Positions 55,830 through 63,179 of a stretch of DNA of 64,000 bases are shown here, piece by piece. The stretch is taken from positions 416,001 through 480,000 of the forward strand of contig CAVZYA010000002.1 of assembly GCA_963779415.1 (NCBI GenBank), in the 5' to 3' direction. Every line of letters starts with the position of its first letter. Within the stretch, counting starts at the first letter, position 1. A program made the position numbers and the translations under genes. This DNA comes from an uncultured Acidobacteriota bacterium (GTDB lineage: Bacteria; Acidobacteriota; Thermoanaerobaculia; UBA5066). A model generated the notes under the pieces. That model was not told where the DNA came from. It worked only from the letters and a program-made list of their open reading frames with translations, and did no database searches.

Positions 55830-55853
55830 TCACGGATCGACGGAGGTGCCTCG

Positions 55854-56087
55854 ATGTCCCAGCTGATCGTCCGAAACCTCCCCGAGGACGTCGTGCGAGG
55901 GCTCAAGCTCCGGGCCGCCCGCCACGGCCGGTCTGCCGAGGCAGAGCACCGTCTGATCCTGGAAGAAGCGCTCCGCCCGAAAGCGAGGTCGAAGAGCCTC
56001 AAGGACGCGCTCCTGGCCCTTCCCGAAGTCGGTGACGATGCGGATTTCGCCCCCAGACGCGAGCGCGGACGCAGGACCCGGCTGTGA
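55854..56087 (+). CDS. FitA-like ribbon-helix-helix antitoxin
   Basis: MSQLIVRNL...V..LK.RAARHGRS.EAE.R.IL; SD GGAGG. Confidence 0.88.
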   Translation: MSQLIVRNLPEDVVRGLKLRAARHGRSAEAEHRLILEEALRPKARSKSLKDALLALPEVGDDADFAPRRERGRRTRL

Positions 56088-56518
56088 AGGTCCTCATCGA
56101 CACGAATGTCATCTCCGAGTTGCGAAAGGGGGCGCGCTGCGATCCGAACGTGGCGGCGTGGTTTGCCGCCTTGCCGGCCGACGGCATCTATCTGAGCGCC
56201 CTCGTCGTCGGCGAGATCCGGCAGGGGATCGAACGCATTCGGCGCCGGGACGCAAAGTCCGCGCGCTCTCTGGACGCATGGCTTCGGAGGCTCGTCGCCG
56301 CTCACGACGAAAGAATCCTCCCCGTGGACCGAAGAGTGGCGGAGGAATGGGGGCGAATGAACGTCCCGGATCCGGTGCCGGTCGTCGACGGCCTCATGGC
56401 CGCCACCGCAAAGGTCCACGACCTGATCCTTGCGACCCGGAACGTGAAGGACGTTTCCGGAACCGGCGCACGGGTCGTCAACCCCTTCGAGCTGTCCCCG
56501 GGCGTGGCGTCCCCATGA
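56084..56518 (+). CDS. vapC: PIN-domain VapC/FitB toxin
   Basis: LIDTNVISELRK, EI..G, DGLMAATA, TRNVKD, NPF. Confidence 0.92.
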   Translation: MKVLIDTNVISELRKGARCDPNVAAWFAALPADGIYLSALVVGEIRQGIERIRRRDAKSARSLDAWLRRLVAAHDERILPVDRRVAEEWGRMNVPDPVPVVDGLMAATAKVHDLILATRNVKDVSGTGARVVNPFELSPGVASP

Positions 56519-56536
56519 AGTACGGTCAGCGCCAGA

Positions 56537-56673
56537 GAAGGGGATGAAGACCCCGCCTTCCCGCTGCGCAGAGGAACCGGGCTGGTGGCACCCAGATGGC
56601 GGCTCGTCTACCAGGTTCTCGAGAAGGGGCGAACGGTGAAGACGCTTCGGATACTCGCGCACTACGAATGGCG
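56537..56673 (+). pseudogene. Internally deleted yefM-3'/yoeB remnant
   Basis: Matches 57210-57279 joined to 57456-57530 at a CGGCTCG microhomology. Confidence 0.85.
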
Positions 56674-56741
56674 CCGTCATTCTATTTTCCCGGTCCGGTT
56701 CGGCCGGCCGGATCTTTGCGCCGCCGTGTAGCATTCCTCTC

Positions 56742-56930
56742 ATGGGCAAGCCGCAGAAATCCTCCTTCGATCTCGCGATGGAACGGCTCGACGCCGCCGA
56801 TGGCGAGTCAGGGACAAAGAAGGCACCGCTGAGCCCCAGGCAGAAAGAGGAGATCGCCGAGGTCCGGCGCATCGCCTCTTCCAGCCTCGCGGAGCGGGAG
56901 ATCAAAGCGATCCGGAACCGCACGGAGTAG
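56742..56930 (+). CDS. Small hypothetical protein, probably a truncated conserved protein
   Basis: KSSFDLAMERL..PLS..QK.EIAE.R..LAEREI; TAGCAT box 7 nt before ATG; ends at repeat copy A. Confidence 0.55.
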   Translation: MGKPQKSSFDLAMERLDAADGESGTKKAPLSPRQKEEIAEVRRIASSSLAEREIKAIRNRTE

Positions 56931-56966
56931 CGCCGTCGCCTCCAACCGCGTCGCCGGCCCTGGCCG
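56931..56966 (-). repeat. Array repeat copy A (MBL-gene fragment, degenerate ssrA-like core)
   Basis: CGCCTCCAACCGCGTCGCCGGCCC; minus strand reads GPATRLEA. Confidence 0.75.
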
Positions 56967-56971
56967 GAACC

Positions 56972-57000
56972 TTGCCAATCCGTACGCTTTTCCGTACGAT
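56972..57000 (+). promoter_or_regulatory. yefM-yoeB promoter and operator
   Basis: TTGCCA-17-TACGAT; CGTACG palindromes at 56981 and 56993, 12 bp apart like the E. coli yefM TGTACA cores. Confidence 0.75.
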
Positions 57001-57018
57001 TCGAGCCGCGAGGTCCTC

Positions 57019-57261
57019 ATGCCCACCATTCGAGCCACCGAAGCGCGCGCCCGGCTCTACGGCCTTCTCGACGAGGCGGCCGAGACGCACGAACCGATCC
57101 GGATCACGGGACGCCGGAAGAACGCCATCCTCGTATCCGAGGAGGACTGGGACGCGATCCAGGAGACGCTCTACCTTCTGTCGGTTCCGGGGATGCGCGA
57201 GTCGATCCGGAAGGGGATGAAGACCCCGCTTTCCCGCACCTCGAAGGAACCGGGCTGGTGA
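57019..57261 (+). CDS. yefM: Phd/YefM antitoxin
   Basis: TEARARLY.L.D....HEPI.IT....AIL.S.EDW.AIQETLYLLS.PG. Confidence 0.92.
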   Translation: MPTIRATEARARLYGLLDEAAETHEPIRITGRRKNAILVSEEDWDAIQETLYLLSVPGMRESIRKGMKTPLSRTSKEPGW

Positions 57262-57527
57262 CGGCCGGCTGGCGGCTCGCCTTTACGTCCCAGGCCAGGA
57301 AGGACGCGAAGAAGATCGCAGCCGCCGGGCTCCGGCCGCAGACCCAGAAGCTCCTCGATCTCCTCGCCAAGGACCCTTTCGCTTCCCCCCCGAGGTTCGA
57401 GAAGCTCGTCGGCGACCTTTCCGGGGCGTACTCGCGGCGGATCAACATCCAGCACCGGCTCGTCTACCAGGTTCTCGAGAAGGAGAGGACGGTGAAGGTG
57501 CTTCGGATGTTCACGCACTACGAATAG
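57258..57527 (+). CDS. yoeB: Txe/YoeB toxin
   Basis: EKLVGDLSGAYSRRINIQHRLVY, C-terminal HYE. Confidence 0.94.
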   Translation: MTAGWRLAFTSQARKDAKKIAAAGLRPQTQKLLDLLAKDPFASPPRFEKLVGDLSGAYSRRINIQHRLVYQVLEKERTVKVLRMFTHYE

Positions 57528-57586
57528 CGTTCTCCCCGCCTCCACCGGCGTCGCCGGCCCCGACCGCACGCTCGTTGAGCGCGGAT
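57528..57586 (-). repeat. Array repeat copy B
   Basis: CCCCGCCTCCACC 57534-57546 then GGCGTCGCCGGCCCCGACC..GCGCGGAT; minus strand reads PRSTSVRSGPATPVEAGRT. Confidence 0.85.
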
Positions 57587-57606
57587 CCGAGGGTTGATAA
57601 TCGCTG

Positions 57607-58089
57607 GTGATGATGGAGTTCGGTGAGCTGAAGAGGATTCTCGCGGCGTTCGAGAAGGAAAGCGTCCGATACGTCCTCGTCGGCTCGATGGCCATGGCCG
57701 CGCAGGGGCTGGTCCGCGCAACCAGGGACGTGGATTTCTTCGTCGCACCGGATCCGGAGAACGTCGATCGACTTCGTCTGGCGTTGAGAACCCTCTTCGA
57801 AAACGACCCGAACATTGATCAGATCTCGGCGGCCGACCTTGGGGGCGATTACCCGGCCGTTCAATACACCCCCCCCGACGCCCGCTATTCGATGGACATC
57901 CTCTCGCGGCTCGGCACCGCATTCCGCTACGAGGACCTGGAGTGGGAGATCGTCACCGTGGACGGGGTTTCGGCTCGGGTTGCCACGCCCCGTATGCTCT
58001 ACAGGATGAAGAAAGATACGGTCCGCCCCCAGGACCGCATGGACGCCGAGACGATCCGAAGCCGATTCGGGATTGAGGAGCAGCCGTGA
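57607..58089 (+). CDS. Nucleotidyltransferase-fold protein (putative TA component)
   Basis: Y.LVGS.A...QG..RATRDVDF (hG[GS]x..DxD), L..MK....R.QD..D. Confidence 0.75.
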   Translation: MMMEFGELKRILAAFEKESVRYVLVGSMAMAAQGLVRATRDVDFFVAPDPENVDRLRLALRTLFENDPNIDQISAADLGGDYPAVQYTPPDARYSMDILSRLGTAFRYEDLEWEIVTVDGVSARVATPRMLYRMKKDTVRPQDRMDAETIRSRFGIEEQP

Positions 58090-58583
58090 GCGTCCGGAAG
58101 TTCCGCTCGGCAGACGAGATGCCGGCACCGCCGCCGCTCACCCCACTCGATCCCGAGAACCTGCGGATTGCCTGCGAGCTCTCGAGCCTGGAGCTGCTCC
58201 GTCCCGTCCGGCGCACCCCCGGCGTGCGTAAATTCCGCTCGGTGGACGAGATGTCCCGGGCTCAGGAGCGGTCGGAAGCGGAATCGACCCCAGTGAACCG
58301 ACAACCACTTCCCCCGGAATCGCACGACCTCATTCGGCGGATCGCCGCAAGGTACGGAGTCCGGGACGTTCGTGTATTCGGCTCGTTCGTCCGGGGCGAG
58401 CAGCGGCCCGAAAGCGACCTCGATCTGCTGATTCATCTCGAAAAAGGCCGCGGCTTTTCCGATCTTCTCGGTTTCTGCGAGGAGGTCGAAAGCGCCCTCG
58501 GCAGGCACGTCGATGTCGTGACCGACGACGGCCTCAGTCCCTTCATTCGCGACCGGGTCCTGGCCGAAGCCGTGCCACTGTGA
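58086..58583 (+). CDS. VRKFRS-repeat small protein fused in frame to a MntA-like minimal nucleotidyltransferase (internal GTG 58293)
   Basis: Two VRKFRS.DEM motifs, then VFGSFVRGEQRPESDLD (GSx10DxD), LGRHVDVVT, EAVPL. Confidence 0.82.
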   Translation: MSVRKFRSADEMPAPPPLTPLDPENLRIACELSSLELLRPVRRTPGVRKFRSVDEMSRAQERSEAESTPVNRQPLPPESHDLIRRIAARYGVRDVRVFGSFVRGEQRPESDLDLLIHLEKGRGFSDLLGFCEEVESALGRHVDVVTDDGLSPFIRDRVLAEAVPL

Positions 58584-58912
58584 AGGACGACGGACTCTAC
58601 CTTCGACACGTTCACGAGGCCATCGTCCGGATCCAGGAGTTCACCTCCGAAGGCGAAGCGGCCTTTCGACGAGATCTGAAGACCCAGGACGCGGTCATCC
58701 GCAACCTTCAGGTGATCGGTGAGGCGGCGAAGAAGGTCTCCGCCGAGACTCGGGCCGCCCATCCCGACGTCCCCTGGAAGAGCATGACGGGAATGCGGGA
58801 CCGGATCGTTCACGACTACTTTGGCGTCTCGCTCGAAATCGTCTGGGACGTCGTGGCGAATCACCTTCCGCCGATCCGCATTCAACTTCAGAAGCTGATC
58901 TCTGCCGGTTGA
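58580..58912 (+). CDS. hepT: HepT (DUF86 HEPN) RNase toxin
   Basis: QDAVIRNL.VIGEAA, VPW, RDRIVHDY (Rx4HxY). Confidence 0.9.
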   Translation: MKDDGLYLRHVHEAIVRIQEFTSEGEAAFRRDLKTQDAVIRNLQVIGEAAKKVSAETRAAHPDVPWKSMTGMRDRIVHDYFGVSLEIVWDVVANHLPPIRIQLQKLISAG

Positions 58913-59140
58913 CGTCTCCCTCCGCCACCCCCCGCCCCGCGTCCACCAGAACCCGCGCCATCCCCGCCTCCACCCGCGTCGCCGGCCCGGACCGCGCGCT
59001 ACTCGGCCGCGGGTTGCCGGTGCCGAGAAGCGTGATGCGGAGGGACCCCGGCGGGGGAGGCGCCTACGCGGCCACGAGCCGCAGGTCGGCGAATAGCGCG
59101 ACCACGGCTCCTAACCGCAGCGATTTCATGGGGAGGGGGT
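58913..59140 (-). pseudogene. Array repeat copy C: 5' fragment of an RNase Z-like MBL hydrolase gene with a premature TAG
   Basis: ATG 59129: MKSLRLGAVVALFADLRLVAA*APPPPGSLRITLLGTGNPRPSSARSGPATRVEAGMARVLVDAGRGVAE. Confidence 0.85.
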
Positions 59141-59230
59141 CTGGGGCGCGGGAGCCGTACTCTCTCTCCGATCGCTCGGCTCCGAATCCCAAGGTGCAGG
59201 AGTAAAGTAGCCGGGAAAGAAGGCGAGGCG

Positions 59231-59458
59231 ATGTCCCAGACGAGGCTCTTGACCGCAATCATCGAAAAGGAAGGCGACGGATACGTCGCCCTGTGCCCGG
59301 AGGTCGACGTCGCCAGCCAAGGCCAGAACGTCGAAGAGGCACGCTCGAACCTCAAGGAGGCCCTCGAGCTCTTCTTCGAGTCGGCCGATGCCTCGGAAAT
59401 CGCCCAGCGCTTCGGCAGCGAAGTCTTCATAACGCAGGTCGAAGTCGCCGTTGGGTAG
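59231..59458 (+). CDS. hicB: Short HicB antitoxin
   Basis: IIEKEGDGYVALCPE.DVASQG..VEEA..NL.EALELF. Confidence 0.9.
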   Translation: MSQTRLLTAIIEKEGDGYVALCPEVDVASQGQNVEEARSNLKEALELFFESADASEIAQRFGSEVFITQVEVAVG

Positions 59459-59672
59459 GCTGCGGGTTCTGTCGGGAAGAGATGTCTGCGCGATCCTTTC
59501 CCGGCACGGATTCGAGCTGGTTCGGCAGCGAGGGAGCCACGCTGTGATGCAGGCTCGCGATACTTCGGGAACAGTGACTGTCCCCGTTCCCCTGCACTCC
59601 GAGCTGAAGATGGGGACGCTGCAGTCGATCATCAGGCAGTCCCGCCTGCCGCGGTCCCTCTTCGAAATCTGA
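59451..59672 (+). CDS. hicA: HicA toxin
   Basis: L..HGF...RQRGSH, VP.H.EL..GTL.SI. Confidence 0.92.
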   Translation: MGRLRVLSGRDVCAILSRHGFELVRQRGSHAVMQARDTSGTVTVPVPLHSELKMGTLQSIIRQSRLPRSLFEI

Positions 59673-59866
59673 GCGTCGCGTCGTCCCCGCCTCCACCAGC
59701 GTCGCCGGCCCCGACCTCGCGCTCGACGGGCGCGGATTGCCGGCGCCGAAAAGCGCGATGCGAAGGGACGCCGGCGGGGGAGGCGCATCCGCGGCAAGAA
59801 GCCCGGAGGCGGCGAAAAGCGCCACCATGATCCTCGCCCGCAGCGATTTCATGGGGAGGGAGTTTA
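59673..59866 (-). repeat. Array repeat copy D: MBL 5' fragment with its own -10 box and a perfect 14-nt ssrA 3' core
   Basis: ATG 59852: MKSLRARIMVALFAASGLLAADAPPPPASLRIALFGAGNPRPSSARSGPATLVEAG; CCCCGCCTCCACCA 59685-59698; about 81% identical to copy C over 177 nt by hand alignment. Confidence 0.88.
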
Positions 59867-59888
59867 GGAGTCGGGGAAGTGGCAGGAG

Positions 59889-59942
59889 TTGACTTGCTTT
59901 GAATGTTTACTATAATTAGAGCGTTTACGGAAACGTAAACAT
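59889..59942 (+). promoter_or_regulatory. Sigma70 promoter plus inverted-repeat operator of the AbiEi-like gene
   Basis: TTGACT-16-TATAAT (59911); GTTTACG-GAAA-CGTAAAC 59923-59940 and a further GTTTAC just before the -10. Confidence 0.75.
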
Positions 59943-59949
59943 AGACCTT

Positions 59950-61077
59950 ATGGCGAACGAATCGGATCTGGAGCAGCGAGGGCGACGAGCGCTGGAGAAG
60001 TACTTCTCAGACTCCGGCATTGCCGTGCGCTGGCTGAGGAGCCAATCCCGTGAGGGCTGGAGGCCGGACGCGGAACTCGACCTCGCACTCCCGAACGGGG
60101 AGCGGCGGCGGTGCATCGTCGAGTTTCAGTCGAATGCCCGCCGGCTGCCGATCGAACACGCGCTTCTTCAGCTGAGAAACCAGCTGCTGCGCTCCTCGCA
60201 AATCGCGCCGGTCTCTTCCTCCTGGCGGGATCTGTCCCGGATCGCCCAGCCTGTGGTGGTCGCGGAGCATCTTGGCCGGCCGATGCGTGACTGGCTTCGC
60301 CGTGAGGGAGTCTGGTTCGGGGACCTCTCGGGAAACCGGTTTTTCTCGGCGCCGGGCTTGCTGGTGGACCGGGAGGTCGCGGAGAAGTCCGGCAAGAGCC
60401 GGGAGCCTGCCCCGAGCGTCTTCGCCGACAGGAACTCGCGTCTCCTTCGCTATCTTTTCCTGCGAGGGCGGCAGGAGATCGGAGTGCGGGAACTTGCCGG
60501 GAAACTGGGAATCAGCGCCTCATCCGTGTCGAACGGCCTGAAGAAGCTCGAAGAGATGAGCTACCTGGAGCGAAAGAGCGGGGACATCCGCCTCCTGGCC
60601 CGGGAGGACCTCCTCGAGGAGTGGGTCTCGTTCTACCGGCCGCGATTTCGTCGCCAGGTCGAATCCCGCTACTACGTCCATGCCAGAAGCGCGGAAGCCG
60701 TGGTGGAGAAGATCCGCTCCAGCCCGCTGGCGCGCGATCCAGGTTACGCACTCGGCCTTCATGCCGGCGCGTCGCTCGTCGCGCCGTTCGTTCAGTTCCA
60801 GGAGGCGCACGCCTACGTTCCGCCGGAGTCGGGGAGTCTCGAACAGCGTCTGGTAGCGGCTCTGGGCGCAAAGCCTGCGGAAGCCGAGGCGAATCTGGTC
60901 TTCCTCGAGCCTTTCTACAAACACTCCGTGCTCTTCGAGGCGCGAGACGTCAAGGGCGTCCGCGTGGTCAGCGACCTGCAACTCTATCTGGACCTGATGT
61001 GCTACCCGCGGCGGGGAAAAGAGCAGGCCGAGGTTGTCCTCGAGCGACGGCTGAGGCCCGCCTGGTCGAAATCGTGA
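59950..61077 (+). CDS. AbiEi-like (type IV TA) antitoxin/regulator with wHTH
   Basis: D.SGN, GVRELA..LGIS.SSVS HTH, LLEEW, ANL, VS.LQLYLDL...PRRG.EQAE. Confidence 0.75.
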   Translation: MANESDLEQRGRRALEKYFSDSGIAVRWLRSQSREGWRPDAELDLALPNGERRRCIVEFQSNARRLPIEHALLQLRNQLLRSSQIAPVSSSWRDLSRIAQPVVVAEHLGRPMRDWLRREGVWFGDLSGNRFFSAPGLLVDREVAEKSGKSREPAPSVFADRNSRLLRYLFLRGRQEIGVRELAGKLGISASSVSNGLKKLEEMSYLERKSGDIRLLAREDLLEEWVSFYRPRFRRQVESRYYVHARSAEAVVEKIRSSPLARDPGYALGLHAGASLVAPFVQFQEAHAYVPPESGSLEQRLVAALGAKPAEAEANLVFLEPFYKHSVLFEARDVKGVRVVSDLQLYLDLMCYPRRGKEQAEVVLERRLRPAWSKS

Positions 61078-61390
61078 AACTCGGCGGATTCGTCCATGCG
61101 CTGAAAGCTCTCGAACCCCGCCTCGCCGATATCGTCATCGTCGGCGGGTGGGCCTGGTTCCTGTATCGAAAGTACCTGGGCGGCGCGCGGAAGCTGCCCG
61201 GCGAATTTACCCTCGACGTCGATGTCGTCCTTCCGCGGCCGCTTCTGCCCGGGCCTGATCTGTACGACCTGCTGAAACGGGCCGACTTCGAGTACGAGCA
61301 ATCCGGGGACGACACGCCTCCGGTTACGCGGTACGCATGGCCTTCCAGACAGGAAGCAAAGGTCACCGTCGACTTTCTGACACCGGCACG
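61074..61390 (+). pseudogene. Truncated AbiEii/GSU2403-like nucleotidyltransferase toxin
   Basis: GTGA overlap with the upstream gene; IVIVGGWA..T.DVD..VDFLTP, then an abrupt switch to HEPN sequence. Confidence 0.7.
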
Positions 61391-61633
61391 AGCAGGGTCC
61401 TCCAGCTGGCTCTTACACGTCTGGTTGAGATCGTCGGCGAGGCTGCCTCCCAGATCCCCAGAGAAGATCAGCAGCGGTTCTCAGATGTCCCGTGGCCGGC
61501 AATCATCGGAATGCGCAACCGGCTGGTTCACGCGTACATTGATGTCGATCTCGACGTGCTCTGGAGTACGGTGACGACGGACTTGCCGGCTCTGATAACG
61601 CTCCTGGAGCGGGCAGCCGGCTCGGCGTCGTAG
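61391..61633 (+). pseudogene. 5'-truncated HepT (DUF86)
   Basis: LQLALTRLVEIVGEAA..VPW..IIGMRNRLVHAY.DVDLDVLW. Confidence 0.82.
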
Positions 61634-61774
61634 ACACAGACTGTTTCCGGAGTTCGAAGCTGCCGCAAGGCCGCGGGTGTTCCGATCGAAGCCGGTTTCG
61701 AAACGAACCGCCGTAGCGGTTGTGTGTCGGGAAGGGAGCCTGCGAGGGAGCCTGAAGGGTAAGATCAGCGCGAT

Positions 61775-62097
61775 ATGGAATCGGCCCGAATCGACCTGAC
61801 GAAGCGGATAGCGGCCTCGCCGGAGATGATCGCCGACTTCTGCCGCCGGCACCGGATTCGCCGGCTGTCGCTGTTCGGGTCGGTGCTGAGGGAAGACTTC
61901 CGGGCGGAGAGCGACATCGACGTGCTCGTGGAGTTCGAGCCGGACGGGGTTCCGAGTTTCTTCGAGCTGGTCGGAATGAAAGAGGAACTGGTCTGATCTT
62001 CTCGGCCGCAATGTGGACCTGAAGACTCCGAAGGGTTCAGCCCTTATTTCCGTGACCAGGTGCTTCGGGAGGCTCTCCGCTCCATGTCGCGGCATGA
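61775..62097 (+). pseudogene. MntA-like nucleotidyltransferase, frameshifted near 61991 and 62038
   Basis: IADFCRRH.IRRLSLFGSVLREDF..ESDIDVLVEF; after the shift LLGRNVDLKT..SPYFRDQVL.EA. Confidence 0.8.
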
Positions 62098-62191
62098 CGA
62101 GCTGATCGGTCGATCTTGACGTCGCTCGATCCGCGACGAATGGGTGGACCTTCCCGCTCTGATTGCGCAGCTCCGCCGGACCTGCCGATGA
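62084..62191 (+). pseudogene. Internally deleted HepT remnant
   Basis: MSRHD start overlapping the mntA end, then VDLDV and DLPALIAQL resembling the HEPN C-terminus at ~61544-61610. Confidence 0.6.
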
Positions 62192-62909
62192 CGGATGCCG
62201 ATGGCGCTGGAAGGCCGTACCTCTCGGCGAGGCGGCCTGCATCTCAAGACTGTTGCCGCTCCAGCCGTCGCGGACGCCGGGGTTTCCGCAGGTAGTACAG
62301 ATGGCGGCAAGAAGAAATCCATGTCCGCAAGCGTGTTGTATGCCTTATAGGGCATTGCTAGTTGCGGTCCGGAAACGAGGCTAGGGTGAGGGATCGGATG
62401 TGGTTGCATCTCGGCAGCGGTCGGGCTTTCGGTGGACGCTGAGGCTTAATCGTTCACCCCGATCGCGCATGGGTCCGGACGATCCGGTCGGCTTTGCCAC
62501 CGCTGGACTACGGGTGGCGGACGGGTCGATGGAGCCGAATCTCCTCGCCGTCGCTCGTCATGCTGGCGGTGAACTTTTCATCTCGCGGAATCAAAACCTT
62601 TCAAATGGCCGTCCACAAACCTTGCGATTAGCCGCACAACATCGAACGGGGTCGCGTCTTGCATCTCTATTATAGGTGGCGAACGCGCGGCGCGGCGGGG
62701 AGTGGCTGCAGCGGAGGAGGATCGAGGGCGCGGCCCGGCGGGCTCTTCATGTTTCGGAACGCGAACAAAAGTTCCGGTTCCTTTTCCGCCGCACCCTTTT
62801 CGACCGGTAGCTCGCTCTTCCGGTTCCGTTCGCTCTACGGGCCGTCGTAGAGGTGGGCGGTGTCGCCGGGCTTGATCCCGGCGGCCTCGATCGCCACGCG
62901 ACCGAGAAG

Positions 62910-62930
62910 GTATATACTTGGAGTGTATAC
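62910..62930 (+). promoter_or_regulatory. Putative vapBC operator
   Basis: GTATATAC-TTGGA-GTGTATAC imperfect inverted repeat 15 nt upstream of vapB. Confidence 0.55.
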
Positions 62931-62945
62931 AGGGGGTGACTTGAC

Positions 62946-63179
62946 ATGCGGACCACCAGGATCTTCAAGAGCGGAAACTCGCAGGCCGTTCGCCTGCCGA
63001 AGGACTTTCGGTTCAGCGTCCGCGAGGTCGAGATCCTTCGAAGAGGAGAAGAAGTGGTGCTGAGAAGGAAACCTCACACCGCCGGCGATCTCTTCCGGGC
63101 GCTGAGCGCCATCCGCCTGCCGGAAGACTTTCCCGACACGATTGAGGACAAGTCGGCCGAAAGCCGCCGGGCGCTCTGA
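62946..63179 (+). CDS. vapB: AbrB-type VapB antitoxin
   Basis: IFKSGNSQAVRLPKDFRF...EVEI.R.G..V.L. Confidence 0.93.
   Translation: MRTTRIFKSGNSQAVRLPKDFRFSVREVEILRRGEEVVLRRKPHTAGDLFRALSAIRLPEDFPDTIEDKSAESRRAL

Noticed and set aside
56931-59866. Array repeats as CRISPR repeats or integron attC sites
   Set aside because: Spacing is gene-sized and irregular, there are no cas or intI genes, and I see no RYYYAAC..GTTRRRY palindromic ends; the repeats are protein-coding derived.
61991-61999. TGA in mntA as selenocysteine readthrough (selB is present)
   Set aside because: Homology continues in a shifted frame, so this is an indel, not an in-frame UGA.
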